A DNA stretch of 63,997 nt, filler included, from Dicyema japonicum (lineage: Eukaryota; Animalia; Dicyemida): the NCBI GenBank assembly GCA_011109175.1. It is 11 parts of 11 records of this genome, joined end to end, with 100 filler letters (N's around TTAATTAATTAA, not from the genome) between each part and the next. Parts side by side here need not be neighbours in the genome. Positions count along the whole stretch, not along the records: positions 1 to 3,339 come from RDEW01000338.1; positions 3,440 to 14,053 come from RDEW01000088.1; 9 more parts are not named here. The stretch is one strand, 5' to 3'. Each line of letters begins with the position of its first letter. Position 1 is the stretch's first letter. The notes below the pieces were generated by a model. That model ran no database searches. It saw nothing but the letters and a program-made list of their open reading frames with translations, and was not told the origin of the DNA. Below, one piece after another: positions 1-14,153 of this stretch. A program made the position numbers and the translations under genes.

Positions 1-1655
1 TTTATGTTCGTCTAATTGCTTTGATAACTCGACTTCTCTTTCTTTACAGTCCTTGTTTGTTTGTTGCTCCTTGGACTTTAACATCTATGAGTGTATATGA
101 CTCAAGTCACTTCATTTTCAGCACTGATTTGATTATATTTTATTTCCATGTCGTTTTTTTCTTTTTTTACTTTATCCATCTAATATTGACAAATTGAACT
201 TATCCCACCAATTGAGAGTGTTCCATTCTTTCGGAATCAAATTCTTCTTTTTTTGCCTAAAAATATTTTCAATAAAATTTGATTACTTGAAGATTATAAT
301 ATTCTGTCTTTAGTTCCAAAATGTTGTTTTCAAGTTCATATAAATTGCTGTCTGAATCATTTATTTTGCTTTCAATAAGACTGCAGCGAGAATCCTCCAG
401 TAAATGTTGTTGTTTTATTTTATTGATCTGTTCTTGCAAACACTGACATTCTTCTTTACAACTTTTTGTTTGCTCCGAGAGGTCCTGCTTCTTCTTTAAT
501 TTATCTTTCAGTTTCTAAAACTCATTAACTAAGTAAAACAGAGGCTTTCTCTTTCAATCTAGTATTCTCTATCTTCAACTGGTCATATTCGCCTCTCAAA
601 TCCTCATTTGAGTCTACATCGTCCATTTCACAATATCCGTCGTACTTTTCCCTTGTTTTTTTCTTGGCTATATCAACTAACGGTCGGTAGTGTCAATAAC
701 TACTCTGATACTCCAATTGAGCCTTTCGATTCTGGAATTTAGTTTGCTGCTGACTCAGTCGATATTTCAATGACATTATTTTTTTGTCCTTGTTTTCGAT
801 TTCTTCTTTCATGGTTTTGCTCTTTAGTTTATTGGACTTATTTTTACCCGGTTTTTGATATCCTCAATGTTATTGGTCTTTTCACGAATAAGTTCTCTCA
901 GTGATCTCAACTCAGTAGAGCTCTACAACTCGAGTTAAAAAAAATTAATACTTCGATGTACAGGTTTCTATAACTTTCATTCTGCTTGGCTAGATTTTCA
1001 ATTTTTGCTTTGTGAACTATTTCCATGGGATTCGAAAATTTATCTGCTGTAATTTGATTCGACTTGGCAGGAATGTTCTTGTTTGAATATCATAGTTGAT
1101 ATTACCAAATCATAGTTTACGGGAAGGGTTGTTGAAGCAGAGATCCTTTGATTCCGGATCGCCTGGGATTTTTTAATTTCGTTTTCGATATCGAACATTA
1201 ATCTTGTGACCTGGTCTTGGTTCTTAAATAAATTTATTAAATTAGAAACGTTTTCTTCTGAGAAAACAATTTGTTTACTGCAATCTAATTTTGATTCATT
1301 TATATACATCTACTTTTTTCGTTAGTTTGATTCAAATTCCCACTTTCCTTAACATATTATTTTCATTTATACACTTAATGTTGAAACTGAGGATGTCTCC
1401 AAATTCTGTTCATCTTCTTTTGCACTTACGTCTATGAAATGTTCGAATTTTCCAAGTCCCACGGTTGCACTCTGTTGATAATTAAAATTGAATGTTTGCC
1501 CGAAGAGATGTGACAGCTTCTTTTAAACAAGAGAGAAATGATTCCTTCTCGTTTGTATTGAGTGTCTTACACTCACTTTCATAGTTCATTAGGCAAATCA
1601 CTTGCTATGGTTACTATTTTCCAAGTCTAGAATTACTTTATTAAATGCTTTCCAT
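1..1655 (-). CDS. Uncharacterised coiled-coil protein, multi-exon, runs off the left edge of the window
   Basis: Minus-strand exons such as EECQCLQEQINKIKQQHLLEDSRCSLIESKINDSDSNLYELENNILELKTEYYNLQ, MDKVKKEKNDMEIKYNQISAENE and MLKSKEQQTNKDCKEREVELSKQ join in frame across 24-30-nt GT-AG introns. The start codon is uncertain. Confidence 0.65.
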
Positions 1656-1912
1656 TTTATCGTCGGAATTTGTTTTTAATTTATCCAAAAATACTTTTAA
1701 CAAAAATCCCATAACATTGTTGATATGACATAATAAAATTTGCACGTAAAAATCAATTTTAATCGGGATTTAAAATGAACTAGCATGATCATATCTGACC
1801 TGTATATTTTAACACGATTCCGTTTTAAATGATATTCTTAATCGGTATGGAAATCAAGAAATTTATGTAAAATCAATTCTTGTCAAAGAAATATAAATTA
1901 CAGTAATAAATA

Positions 1913-2807
1913 TTAAGAACGGTTGTATATACTTGAAATCAACTGGTGAGCAATATCGTTTATTATTTTAAAACGAGTAGGTCCCAAATGGATCCCTCCG
2001 TACCACCGAGAAACGACCACTGCGACATTAACCACTTGCATCCTCTATCACATCTAAGGTCTCTAAATAACCTGTAGAAGAATTATAAGCCGTAGACCCG
2101 CCTTCTTCTCTCCATCATCGTCACATCCCTCAGAGATTAATCCTGCTCTAACTAATATCCTTAGGGAAATGTTGAAAAAAGACTACCGACGTGCTTGTAT
2201 GTTATGAGTTGCATTTTCTACCCTCCCGTCATTAAGTAATTGGTCGATCATGTCCTTTACCTATGAAATAGTTAATTAACTATTCAAACATCGTTTTGAC
2301 AAGATATAAAAGATAGATGACTCTGGAACTTGCTCTTTTTGACTGTTAGCACTGAGCTGTGATAAATGTGTATTTTCCCACAATTCTCTAAAGAGATGGG
2401 CACATTGCATTCAGGTGACTTTCTTTCTTCTGATATTGAAGCAAAGCCCATTGCCATTTGACTGGCTGCCTCTACACAGAGTGGAAGGTATCCGCCATGC
2501 GGATTTGATCTTGATTTATAATTTTATCAGCCTACTTGTAGAGTTGATAAAATTTGTGCAATAGTCTTGAGCTTATTTGTTTATCACCAGACCTGAATAT
2601 TAATTTATTTCAAACTCGAATGTGTAAGTAGACTCGATATTTAGATATCCATCTGGTAAGTGAATCTATGATTGAATTAATAATTATTACTTGAAATTTA
2701 AAATTAAATTCTTTTGTATTAATATTAACTGTACAGCTTCGAGTTTTATAATCTAACTCAGTAATCTGATTATCATATATCGCCACTAATGCCTCTGACT
2801 CTTCCAT
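1913..2807 (-). CDS. IMPACT: Protein IMPACT (RWD + UPF0029 domains)
   Basis: N-terminal MEESEALVAIY (RWD), then KKSKFQSHLSF, ATHNIQAR, EGCDDDGEKKAG and VVNVAVVVSRWYGGIHLGPTRFKII. Introns are 25-29 nt. Confidence 0.9.
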
Positions 2808-2892
2808 TAAAATAACTACATATTTCAATTTAAATTATCTATTAAAAATTAATTAACTCAATGTTAGAGAATAATTAAATTTAGTCACTAAA

Positions 2893-3339
2893 TTAATTTC
2901 GTCCATTCGAAAGATATTCTTTTATCAGATTATCCAAGTTAAAAGAGACTGTCGGACCCATATTGTAATAAGTCATATTTAGTAGACTCCCATATTTCAG
3001 GTCAAATTCCTTGAATGGATTGGTCTCCTTCACAGATTTGATTATTTTTCTTAATAGAATCGTTCGTTGATTGTCACGACTAGAATGCTTCTTGCGGCCA
3101 AATTGAGTGCCCACGTTTTTCACCCCGTCTTTTACTTGTTTCTTTAACACTGGGATGTCTTTGATCTGTGAATTTTAGAATTTCAAAATGTAAATAATCA
3201 AACATACATATAACCTGTGAGAGTACCGAGTCGTAGAGTTGTCTTAGATCTCCAAAATTTTTGCGGATTACATAAGACAAATTATTAGCGAATTGAGTGT
3301 ATTCTCTCTCAAGTAATGTTAGTTGTCGTCCTTGTTCTT
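2893..3339 (-). CDS. 3' end of an unidentified protein gene (5' end lost at contig end)
   Basis: LTLLEREYTQFANNLSYVIRKNFGDLRQLYDSVLSQ, a 49-nt GT-AG intron, then IKDIPVLKKQVKDG...EYLSNGRN-stop. Confidence 0.5.
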
Positions 3340-3439
3340 NNNNNNNNNNNNNNNNNNNNNNNNNNNNNNNNNNNNNNNNNNNNTTAATTAATTAANNNNN
3401 NNNNNNNNNNNNNNNNNNNNNNNNNNNNNNNNNNNNNNN
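3340..3439. other. Artificial contig-joining spacer (44N-TTAATTAATTAA-44N), first of ten
   Basis: The same palindromic all-frame-stop linker occurs at 3384, 14098, 16756, 33296, 42959, 45251, 50222, 57192, 60549 and 62692. The gaps at 3832-3902 and 9219-9478 lack it and are ordinary scaffold gaps. Confidence 0.97.
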
Positions 3440-4229
3440 CGTCGATTTAAGGTTGGCTTTAAAATTAAGGTTTGGTAAACGTTAGGGATATGTTTGGTTG
3501 AGTTTGGTAACAATTAACGTAAGAGTTTGATTTCTTAAGAGTTCTGTTGGGTATTGTTAATTTAAATTTGTAGTTTTTTTCAAAAATAGAAGTGATTAAA
3601 AATGATTATTTTAAATGGAAATCCTCTAAAAGTAATAAAAAACGACAATTAATCAATAATTCTTCAAATTTAAGGTTAGGTTGGTTTTTGGCATATCTGA
3701 TTTTTCTAGAAGTCACGAAAACCATTAAAAATAGCGTTAAAATGAGACTTAGAAAAAACTAAGACATATTTTATATGGACAGAATTGATTAAAATGACAT
3801 TTTGAAATTGGTCCATTCAATGGCGTGGTCCNNNNNNNNNNNNNNNNNNNNNNNNNNNNNNNNNNNNNNNNNNNNNNNNNNNNNNNNNNNNNNNNNNNNN
3901 NNTCGGATCGCAATCAGAATTAAGATAATCTTTAATTTGTTGTATTTCATGAAGAAAAAGCTTCACTAAAAACATGCAGCAATGCGTAATAATATTTTTA
4001 TTAGAGATAATATTATCTATTAACTTAAAATAATTTGATCGTCATCTATTTCATAAAAATTAAATTTTTATTTTAATACAAAGTAATCGGTCTATTCAAC
4101 GGCGTGGTCCGTTCAGCGGACGGTGACATTGCATTTACAAGATTTTGGTATTCTTTTTGTATATTTGAAGTCAATGAAAAATATTAGTGTAACCAAAATT
4201 GAATGTTAGTAAGAATAAAGACTGAGTCA

Positions 4230-5446
<1,217 letters not shown>

Positions 5447-5579
5447 TTTAAATAAATTCGACGCATCAGTAAATATAGTCGAGTATTATATTTCCAAAAT
5501 TTAGAAATTCAGTCACAAAAATGGTAAAAAATTGTGTTAGTAATTTATTAAAATTTTTTTCAAAATCTATTTTGAGGCC

Positions 5580-7250
5580 TCAATGAAGGAATAAAAAAGT
5601 AGCCATAACTTGTATTTTTGTCTAGAATTACATAGAGTATATATTTTGAATATAGTTTTTTGTTTGAAATTTTTCTTGCCAAAAAGATTCCATTCAGTAT
5701 GCGGAGTTGGCTTTTATGAAAGGTGTCGAGTTTCTCCAAATTATTTTTCGAAGGCCCTTATATTCCAGAATTTATAGCAATATAGGCTCCACAAAACGTA
5801 TCGTTATAGTCTCATGTGAAGTTTTCAGTGATATGATCCAGATGTTGTACATTTTTTAAAGTATATGGTAGCCAGCACTTTTCTTCGACAAATATCCTTA
5901 GCATCACCTAATAGTGCCTTCAGCATTCATCGTTTCTTGACTTAGTCTTTGGATTTGTGTATAGTTAGTTTTTAAAATATTTATTCTCAGATCCCATTTA
6001 TTTTAAAATAGTTTGGGCTTTGAGTAGAATTTGGTCAAGTATTTCCTTGTCAGTAAATACAAAGTCTACATCATCTGGATAGAGTAATTCGATTATATCT
6101 TCGTATTTGGGGCCCATGTCATCGGGAGTCTCCTTTGGAGTGCCCATATTGGTGCTGAATCTCATTGAATGCTCCGTTCCAATTCTCACGGATAGGTCAG
6201 TTTCAGAAAGCAATAGACTTGTCAGTCTCAGACAGTCCTCTCAAGCAGTTCCTTTACGATATTTATGAGTTTTTCTCTGTTATTGCTGTCGAATCCCTTT
6301 GGAATACTTTTAAGTATTTTGGACGGACATATTGAAGTAATCCATTCGTGACTCCATACGACATCTCTGAAGTAGACATTTCACTTCTGAACCCACGTTA
6401 GCTTGGGGAAGGTATTTTTCTGCGAGTTCTCGTATACGGTTAAGCAATATGATCGATAAAGTTTTTCTGATAGTTGACAGTAGGATCCAGTGACTCCGCC
6501 TTAGTCCATCCAGTGACCCTTTTATTCCAGGTTTGTGTATTGGGATTAAGATTCCATGTTCTAGCGGAGAGAACAGTGAAGTTTCAGTGACTTGTTCAAT
6601 ATGTCGGTGATTATATTCTCGGCAATAACTGGAGTATACTTTAATAACTCACTCAGTATACCATAATACCAAACTGACTGATTGCTTTTGAGGTGTATGA
6701 ATGCATTCGTAACTTGCATTACTGTAACTTTGTTTATAAGAGGCCTTGGATTTCCATTAAAATTAGGTATATTTATCCCAACTGATTTAAACATGGTCTC
6801 AAAAGTGTTTGGCAATCTAGTTTTGCTTTATCCTCTGGGTTTTGTTGATATTCGCCCATGTTGTCGCAGATTTTTAGTGGCTTCTTCGCAGTACCTCGTG
6901 TAAGTAATTTGACAGCAGCAAACATTCGTCTTCCATACTGACAGTTTTCAACTTCAGTCGCTTTATGATTTATCCCAGAGGTCGCTTGATCTTTTTCTTA
7001 TCAAAATTTGATCTTTGGTTGCGTTTTCTTTTTAATATGCCTTTAAACTTGCGTATATGTTTTCGTCAAGGTTTGGTAAAATTTCGTCTATATGTTTTTT
7101 GAAACTGGAGATATCTCTCTTCCATTCATCTTGGAAAGGTCCTAAGTAACATTTAAAACAGTCGCTATGGGACTGTCGGATATCAGAGAACTCCACAAAT
7201 AGAAGTATTATTCATGACCCCGTCAACTGTCCAAGCATATTAAAAAGAAA
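5580..7250 (-). mobile_element. Decayed RTE-like non-LTR retrotransposon (RT region)
   Basis: LLSTIRKTLSIILLNRIRELAEKYLPQANVG, LYPDDVDF (YADD position) and EKLDTFHKSQLRIL, with many stops and frameshifts. Confidence 0.75.
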
Positions 7251-7299
7251 ACGAAACCAAATACTCAGACTATGTCCAAATACACCGTGCAACCGAATA

Positions 7300-7790
7300 A
7301 TAAAAGATTATTTTTGCACTGGAGTAATGGATTCCGAGGAAGGCCAAGAACTTCACTCCGAGTCCTAACTTAGGACTGATGCACGAGTGTAAAGTCCATG
7401 TCATTCCGTGTGTGATGACATGGGATGGACTGGTCACCAAATACCACAAGGGTACTTAAAACAGTTGGGTGTAGATAAGTCTCTGCAGGCCTATATGCAG
7501 TCAACTGTTCTTAAGAGGACTCTGGAGAGTATCTCGTTTGATGCTCGCCGATCCTGTCCTTTCCTGACATTTAGTCAGCGAGAGGCGCTGGACTGCACCT
7601 TCTCGAGGTCTACAGAGCCAGAGAAGAGGAGGGAGAATGGGAGGAGGTGCGTGGAGTGCCATCCTCTGTTCACTTCGGAGGCTCTCGACTTAGTTAGGAC
7701 ATTAATTAGTTAATTATTTTCTTAATTTTATTTTTGAATACTTTTATATGCGGTGTTGTAGGCCGTGGTGGAATCCCCTTGCAACCTATG
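7300..7790 (+). mobile_element. 3' fragment of an R4/NeSL-like RLE retrotransposon
   Basis: CKVHVIPCVMTWDGLVTKYHKG-YLKQLGVDKSLQAYMQSTVLKRTLESISFD. Homologous to 42234-42914 and 38700-39300. Confidence 0.75.
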
Positions 7791-7968
7791 AGGTTTAAAC
7801 GAAAATTTTTTAACTACTTTATTGAATAAAAAATAAATCTTTATTTTTTTTGATTTTTTATTCCAAATATGAAAAGATGACAAGTTTATAATTTCTGGGT
7901 TATAAATTATTCAATACTCGATTTTAATTTATGTTGATTTTGAATAAAATAAAAATTTTGATTTATTC

Positions 7969-8828
7969 ATGTGGGTCTCAGGTTTGTTGAAGGACTGAAT
8001 TATTTTTAGCTCAACAATACCATAGAACAAACCCTATCAGGTACATTGAGTCAGGCTGCCCTAAACTTGACGGAATCCTCAAAGGTAATACTCAAAGTAA
8101 ATATCGAAGGTGGAATTCGAGGGCTATTTGAAGTAAGCGGAGAAAGTGCCTCGGGAAAAACTCAGCTGGCCCTACAAATATGTTGTGCTGCTAATCTTAC
8201 GCAATCAGAAGGCAAATTCCCTAAAAATAAATTTTAGCCATTCTGTTCATAAACACCGGAGGCCCCTTCCCTAGTCAAAGACTCTTCCAAATCCTTTCCT
8301 TCCTTGAAAGTGAAGACCAAGTTAAAAACCGATCGGACAGAATATTCGTCGAGGACTGTCGAGATTATGTCATTTGGCATTTTCAATTCACTCAAACAGG
8401 AATCGCTGATAAAGTGTCTCAAAACTAAAATTGAGGGACTTCTTCGGCGTTTTTCAGTGCCTTTGATCGTCATTGATTCCGTGGCTGCCGTGTTTCGAGG
8501 AGATGAGAATGTTTATTCTGCACCACAAAAATCCCGCCAAATTTGTCAATTGGGTTTGGTTCTCCACTCTCTACAGCGTCGAACAAAAGGAGTTATTTTG
8601 TGTCTGAATCAAGTTGCGGATTGCCTAGAGGAATCCATTCCTTGTAAAGTCCCAGCATTAGGATTGACATGGGCTCATTTCATGACCATTCGTGTAATAC
8701 TAACTCGTCACTGTACATGTCCTTCCGTGGGGACCAGTAGACGCACTTTCACTGTAATTTCTGGGCCAAATTTGCCTCCTGTCTGTGCGGATTTTGTGAT
8801 TGATGCATTTGGACTTCACTTTGTTTAA
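7969..8828 (+). CDS. XRCC3: DNA repair protein XRCC3 (RAD51 paralogue)
   Basis: ESGCPKLDGILKGGIRGLFEVSGESASGKTQLALQ (Walker A), LIVIDSVAAVFR (Walker B), CLNQV and VPALGLTWAH. Four introns of 25-31 nt, one of them GC-AG. Confidence 0.88.
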
Positions 8829-10932
8829 TTGCCGCCAATTTTAGCACAAATTTCTCTTTTAATAATTTTTTAATTTAATTATCAGAAATATAGTTCTGTT
8901 AACTGACTATCCGACGAGTTTTTCTTTTGCTGGAAATCCTTCTTGCTTGTTGGCTTCTAAAGATTTGTATTGTTTATATGTAATACTTGTCTGACTATCC
9001 GACGAGCTTTTCTTTTGATGGAAATCCTTCTTGCTTGTTTGGCCACCGTTTATTAAGGTACTTGTATCGACTCTTAAGGTACTTGGAAGGAATGGGATTA
9101 TAATAAGAATTGTCTTGTACACTGAATTAATTTTATTTTAAATTATCTAGCCGTGATTTAAAATACAGATAAAATGGATTGGTTAATCTCTAAAAAGACA
9201 AATATTATTTTTTAATTANNNNNNNNNNNNNNNNNNNNNNNNNNNNNNNNNNNNNNNNNNNNNNNNNNNNNNNNNNNNNNNNNNNNNNNNNNNNNNNNNN
9301 NNNNNNNNNNNNNNNNNNNNNNNNNNNNNNNNNNNNNNNNNNNNNNNNNNNNNNNNNNNNNNNNNNNNNNNNNNNNNNNNNNNNNNNNNNNNNNNNNNNN
9401 NNNNNNNNNNNNNNNNNNNNNNNNNNNNNNNNNNNNNNNNNNNNNNNNNNNNNNNNNNNNNNNNNNNNNNNNNNNNNNACAAAAATAGTCATTTTTATAT
9501 TCAAATTTTCAGTTTTTTGGTTGAGAGGGAAATCGGTTTGAGGAGATATCCACATCTGAAATGATCAGGGCTCTAACCTCCCGTTTTCTAAGAAGAGTGC
9601 CTGGTGAGTTGCAGGAGAAGTCCCCGGTCTGGTAATTCGAGGCGACCATTGGAATCCCAAAAACTATCAAGTTGCTACCATTATCACAAGAATAACTTGT
9701 GACATGGGCGGATGAATACCCATGGGCAGGTATCGGCAAAATACTTTTGGAGAAGAGCCAATTTTTACATTCTTGGGAATTTCAAACAAATTGAAGAACC
9801 ACCTTTAGCACTTGTCCAGATCAAAAATTCAATAATAATTAAGAATTCATTCAAAAAATACAATTAATTAGTCTCATTAATGTGAAATGCAATTCCTCAT
9901 TTCTTTGGAGAGTTGTCTGATGTCTGGGTCGTAACTAGTCATTTTAATCTGAGGTTTGATTCTAGATTCGAGTTTGTAATTTTGCTTCTTGATTTCGATT
10001 TTATATAGTCCACGTTCGAAGAACTTTGTTCACACATAAGTGGACCCATATTGTCAAAATTCCATATGCAAATTTTTTTAATCCAAAAAAGAATCCGGAA
10101 GAGAACTCCAAGTTTTGAAAAACCACATCCTCAGGTTTCTTTAGTATAACATCAACATCACTCTTAATTTTACTGAATGATTTTTTCTTTTCCAAGGTTT
10201 CAAGTTCTTCTGAAATTTTGATGCCCATAATTCCTTACATGTCTAGTCCAATAGTGTTGCATTTCGAACTCAGCTGCGTTAATTTCAAATGGTAAGAAAT
10301 TTAAAGTGCTCACTTTAGCACATAGAAGATTTATAACTAACGAGTGCCTTTTCTTTAAAAATCCTGAAACCTATAAATAGTTGAACATTCATTTGAACCC
10401 ATCTTTAAAAATTCCTTCATCTACGAAATAGCATTTTAAAAATAAGTTTATTTATAGTATGATTATTTTCTTCCAAATATTGACGAAATTTAGAGAAATA
10501 TAAAATATCCTTTACTATAATATCCTATGTTCTCTTCAAACAGAATTAATTTTTTTCCCTAACAATATCACTTCCTCAAACATGAAAAAAGCTATATTTC
10601 CACTTCTTTGCAATTTGAATTTAGTTGGATTAGTTCTTATGTTACGTCAACCAAAAAATTTTTGCAGCCATCACTTAATTCGTCATAATAAATTTTTCTC
10701 ATTTAGGAAAAAGTTTGATTTTTTGAATAGAAGATGCAAACGATTGTGAACGTGGCCCCTCGAGAGCGGACGAACTTTGTTGTACTAGAGAAGATCAATA
10801 TACTCATTGTTCATTTCGTTTAACAAATCTTTAAGTCGATTAAATAATTTTGTGTAAAGCAAAAAACTAAAAAAATGAAAAATAATAATTATTTAAAATA
10901 ATAAATTATCAGCCACGTGATAACTTGTTGAC

Positions 10933-11693
10933 ATGAACAGTAATAAAGTATACTTTTTTGTATCGAATATTAGCCTCTAATTGTGGATGCAGCAATCACA
11001 TAGAAGGGAGACTCGCCAGTATAATCGCCAAACTACTCCTCACAGTATGAGGGCCTTTTGATGCCTTCTAGCAAAGAGAGAAGTGGTCGTACTTCGATGT
11101 GAGAAACTGATCGTCTCAGGGTCACAAAGGAAGAACAAATGTAGTCCAGACATTCAATCCTCAGTGAAATTCCAGTCATATCTCCACAAGAGAACCAACA
11201 CGAACCCAAAGAAGGGACACTCCACTTCGAGCCCCCGGGGGAATGTTTCGGAAGGCGGTCCGAGGTTGGGAGTGAACATAACGAGAAGGAATGATCCCTA
11301 TCGGACTTCCCGGGGAGCCGAGGCCTTCTCCCGCTTGTCGACCTTCGAAGGAGTTCCTCTGCGATTCAGAGAATAAAGAAAATGGTTTTCCCACGTGCTG
11401 TGAAGGCGGTATGCTTGAAGCCCCACCGCAAGGTTGGTCATCCCCCTTGACGGCAGTTCACCGTGTTGGGGGAAGTGGCTCGTCGGTTTGGCTGGAAGAG
11501 CGCAGATTGGTGGAGGAGTTGGAGGACAAGCGCAGAGCCAATGCCGCCGTGTTCTACGAGCAGAAGAAGGCCAGAAATGTTTAGTCTTGTTTTATGCCCT
11601 CCAAGGAACTCAATCGACAGGCGAGGGATTTGTTGGACAAGGACAATAATCCCAGTATGAGAAGGCTCAAGGCCATTATTTCTCTACTCCTAA
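10933..11693 (+). CDS. RPL13A: 60S ribosomal protein L13a (uL13)
   Basis: GRLASIIAKLLL, VVVLRCEKLIVSGS, YLHKRTNTNPKKG, STFEGVP, MVFPRAVKAVCLKPHRK and LEDKRRANAAVFYEQKK. About five mini-introns plus homopolymer indels. Confidence 0.92.
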
Positions 11694-12454
11694 TTTACTT
11701 CATTGTGGATGTTTTGTTATATTTACCCTTCTAATAGTCTTGTTTTAAGTTATTTTTGAAGAATGTGCACTTTTGACCAGAACGTGATAGTCATCCAAAC
11801 TCGAATAACCTTTTTTTGGGCTGATGATTACTCTATTTGTGCTTTTTTAAATTGAAATTCTATTTTTATACAAATTAAAAATAGCACTCTTTAATCAATC
11901 AAATTCTGGACACTTGGTTAGTACCAACATTTAAGCCGATTATTTTCTTGAATTTTCTAATCAATTATATTAAAATTATATCACAATTTACCTGATTTGG
12001 TTTATTAAATATTCTACTAAAATTTACTAAAGAAAATCTAAATTTACACAAGAATCTAAATTTTAATTCAACATGAAATCATTTATTTATATTTGTTATT
12101 GTTTTCATAGCTTTTGAAACATTCGTTGAATTTTATTTTCTTTTCTAAATTATGCACATATTTTTAAAAAAAATGTAAAAATGGTCATAATTCATATAAG
12201 TACTTTTTCTACAAATTCAATCTTTTTGGTTACAACTATAGTCATAAAAGCTGTAGACTATCCACACTATCCGGAGACTAGTAGTAGGACCAATAGGGAG
12301 TGACTCAATCAACTGAATATTCTTGAAGTAAGACCTTTTAAGTTTAAAAAAACTGTGGAGGATAAATTGAAGGAATAAAACATATAATTCTAATATGTTT
12401 AAAGTCAATATTAGAATAACTAAAGAATAAAATGAACTAATTTAATGATGATTT

Positions 12455-13025
12455 ACGAAATTATACAGTTATAGCAGTAATAAATTAAGTCATAATCAGT
12501 ACTTATATCCATGGAATGGATACCAGTCATTTGTCGAATAGAATTGAGGTTCAAAATATCCATTCTATCAAAATCCGTATAGTAAATATCTGGTTGGAAG
12601 TTCTCTGAGTTTTGAAAATAATAATCATATTCAATTATATTTTCATCAAATGTAGCGAATTCGACTTTTGACTAGTTCTTGGAATTTGCTGATTTTCAGA
12701 CAATTTTTTGGTTGATTTGTTTGATTTTTTCTTTCGTATTGGACAGTAAATATAGTCTGGATAAGTCTTAAGGTGAAGTATCCTCTCTTCTCTGGCCTTT
12801 TCAAAGTAAGGTCTTTTGGTTTCTTCGTTCATTGAGTTCCAAAATTGACCTAGCAGTTTTGAGATTTCATGATTTCTGTAGTTCGTATACTTTACAGAAA
12901 AATGTTTTCGAACTTCACTCGACCAAATAAAAAATGCATTTTTTGGTCGTTTTATATGAATTTTTCTCTTGTCGTTGCTGATTGAGTTTTGGTTATAATG
13001 GTGGCTGATGTATCTGGAATTGCAT
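12455..13025 (-). CDS. Divergent Sox-type HMG-box transcription factor
   Basis: Intronless HMG box HIKRPKNAFFIWSSEVRKHFSVKYTNYRNHEISKLLGQFWNSMNEETKRPYFEKAREERILHLKTYPDYIYCPIRKKK. Both ends are approximate because of frameshifts. Confidence 0.8.
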
Positions 13026-13399
13026 TTTTAAACGAAGTAAGCTCAAACAGTCAATATAAACCACGTCCCGTAACGTAAATGTCAATAGTTAGAATTTCAT
13101 TTTCGAAATATTGACTTTTTAAAATTAAATTATTGTGTTTTATTTCTAGATTTGTATTTGAGTAAACATTTAAATAATTTTTAATATCTTAGGTTTGAAT
13201 AAAATATTTTTTAAACGAAAATTAAAAAAATTCAAATTAATCTACAAATATTCATTTTTGTAAAAATTAGTTCATTTATCTGTAAAATATTTGCATAATC
13301 ATCTAATTCACTTATAATAATCCTCCAATATAAATTTTGGAGCGACAAAATAATTTCCCAATCAATTTTATTAGATTTTAAAATATATCGGAAAAAAAT

Positions 13400-14053
13400 T
13401 AAATCATTTTTTGTATAATTAAGTAAGTTGAAGATTCACCAATATTTATGTCGAGGGGTGTAAACTGAAGCATTTGTTTCAGAAAATATTATTATATAAA
13501 CTAAGGAAACCTGCCTTAATACATTTTTTTATACTGGAAAGAGAAAACAAGGTAGACTAAATTTTAATTTGGACATGACAATTGTTAAAAAAGCAGACAT
13601 CATTTTTTGAGATTGTAGAGCGGGTTAAGGCAGGGATTCTTGGAGGAAATTGATCAATAGATGGCCGGAATCGGCTGAATATGGCTTAACTTAACGAGTT
13701 ATCTTCAGAATCAAAATTTCGAAAAATGTCAAAATTTTGCCAAACAACGTGTTGAGGAAATACTCGAATTGCTAATGAATGATAAGATTTTCTTAATTGT
13801 AGATGAGACTGATGCCGGTAAAGAAAAATTTGTAAATATGCTATCTTATTGATTATTGATTGTATAGCATTAAATTTTTCGCCGAATGCATCAGTTTGTG
13901 TCAGATTGTAAATGCAAATATTGAGAGGAACAATGTTTACTCGTTATTAACCGACGCTGGAAAGTATATGATTTCAGCTGAAAACATACTAAAAATTTAT
14001 ATCCTAACCTGTTTTACGTAACATTTATTGGACATATATTTACAATTATCGTT
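13400..14053 (+). mobile_element. Decayed hAT-like (DUF659/CGGBP-type) transposase fragment
   Basis: FLIVDETDAGKEKFVNML and LLTDAGKYMISA...LYPNLFYVTFIGH resemble the DETTD and DAAPYM...HVTCLAH motifs of this family. Confidence 0.5.
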
Positions 14054-14153
14054 NNNNNNNNNNNNNNNNNNNNNNNNNNNNNNNNNNNNNNNNNNNNTTA
14101 ATTAATTAANNNNNNNNNNNNNNNNNNNNNNNNNNNNNNNNNNNNNNNNNNNN

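Noticed and set aside
9480-10930. Probable minus-strand multi-exon gene with weak PARP-like hints (SSGFFFG, HGYSSAH)
   Set aside because: No consistent spliced model could be built and the similarity is too weak to name.
11083-11660. Overlapping ORFs from the track over RPL13A, and similar antisense ORFs over CRE, IRE1 and EIF3J
   Set aside because: They are shadow frames or exon fragments of the identified genes and elements.
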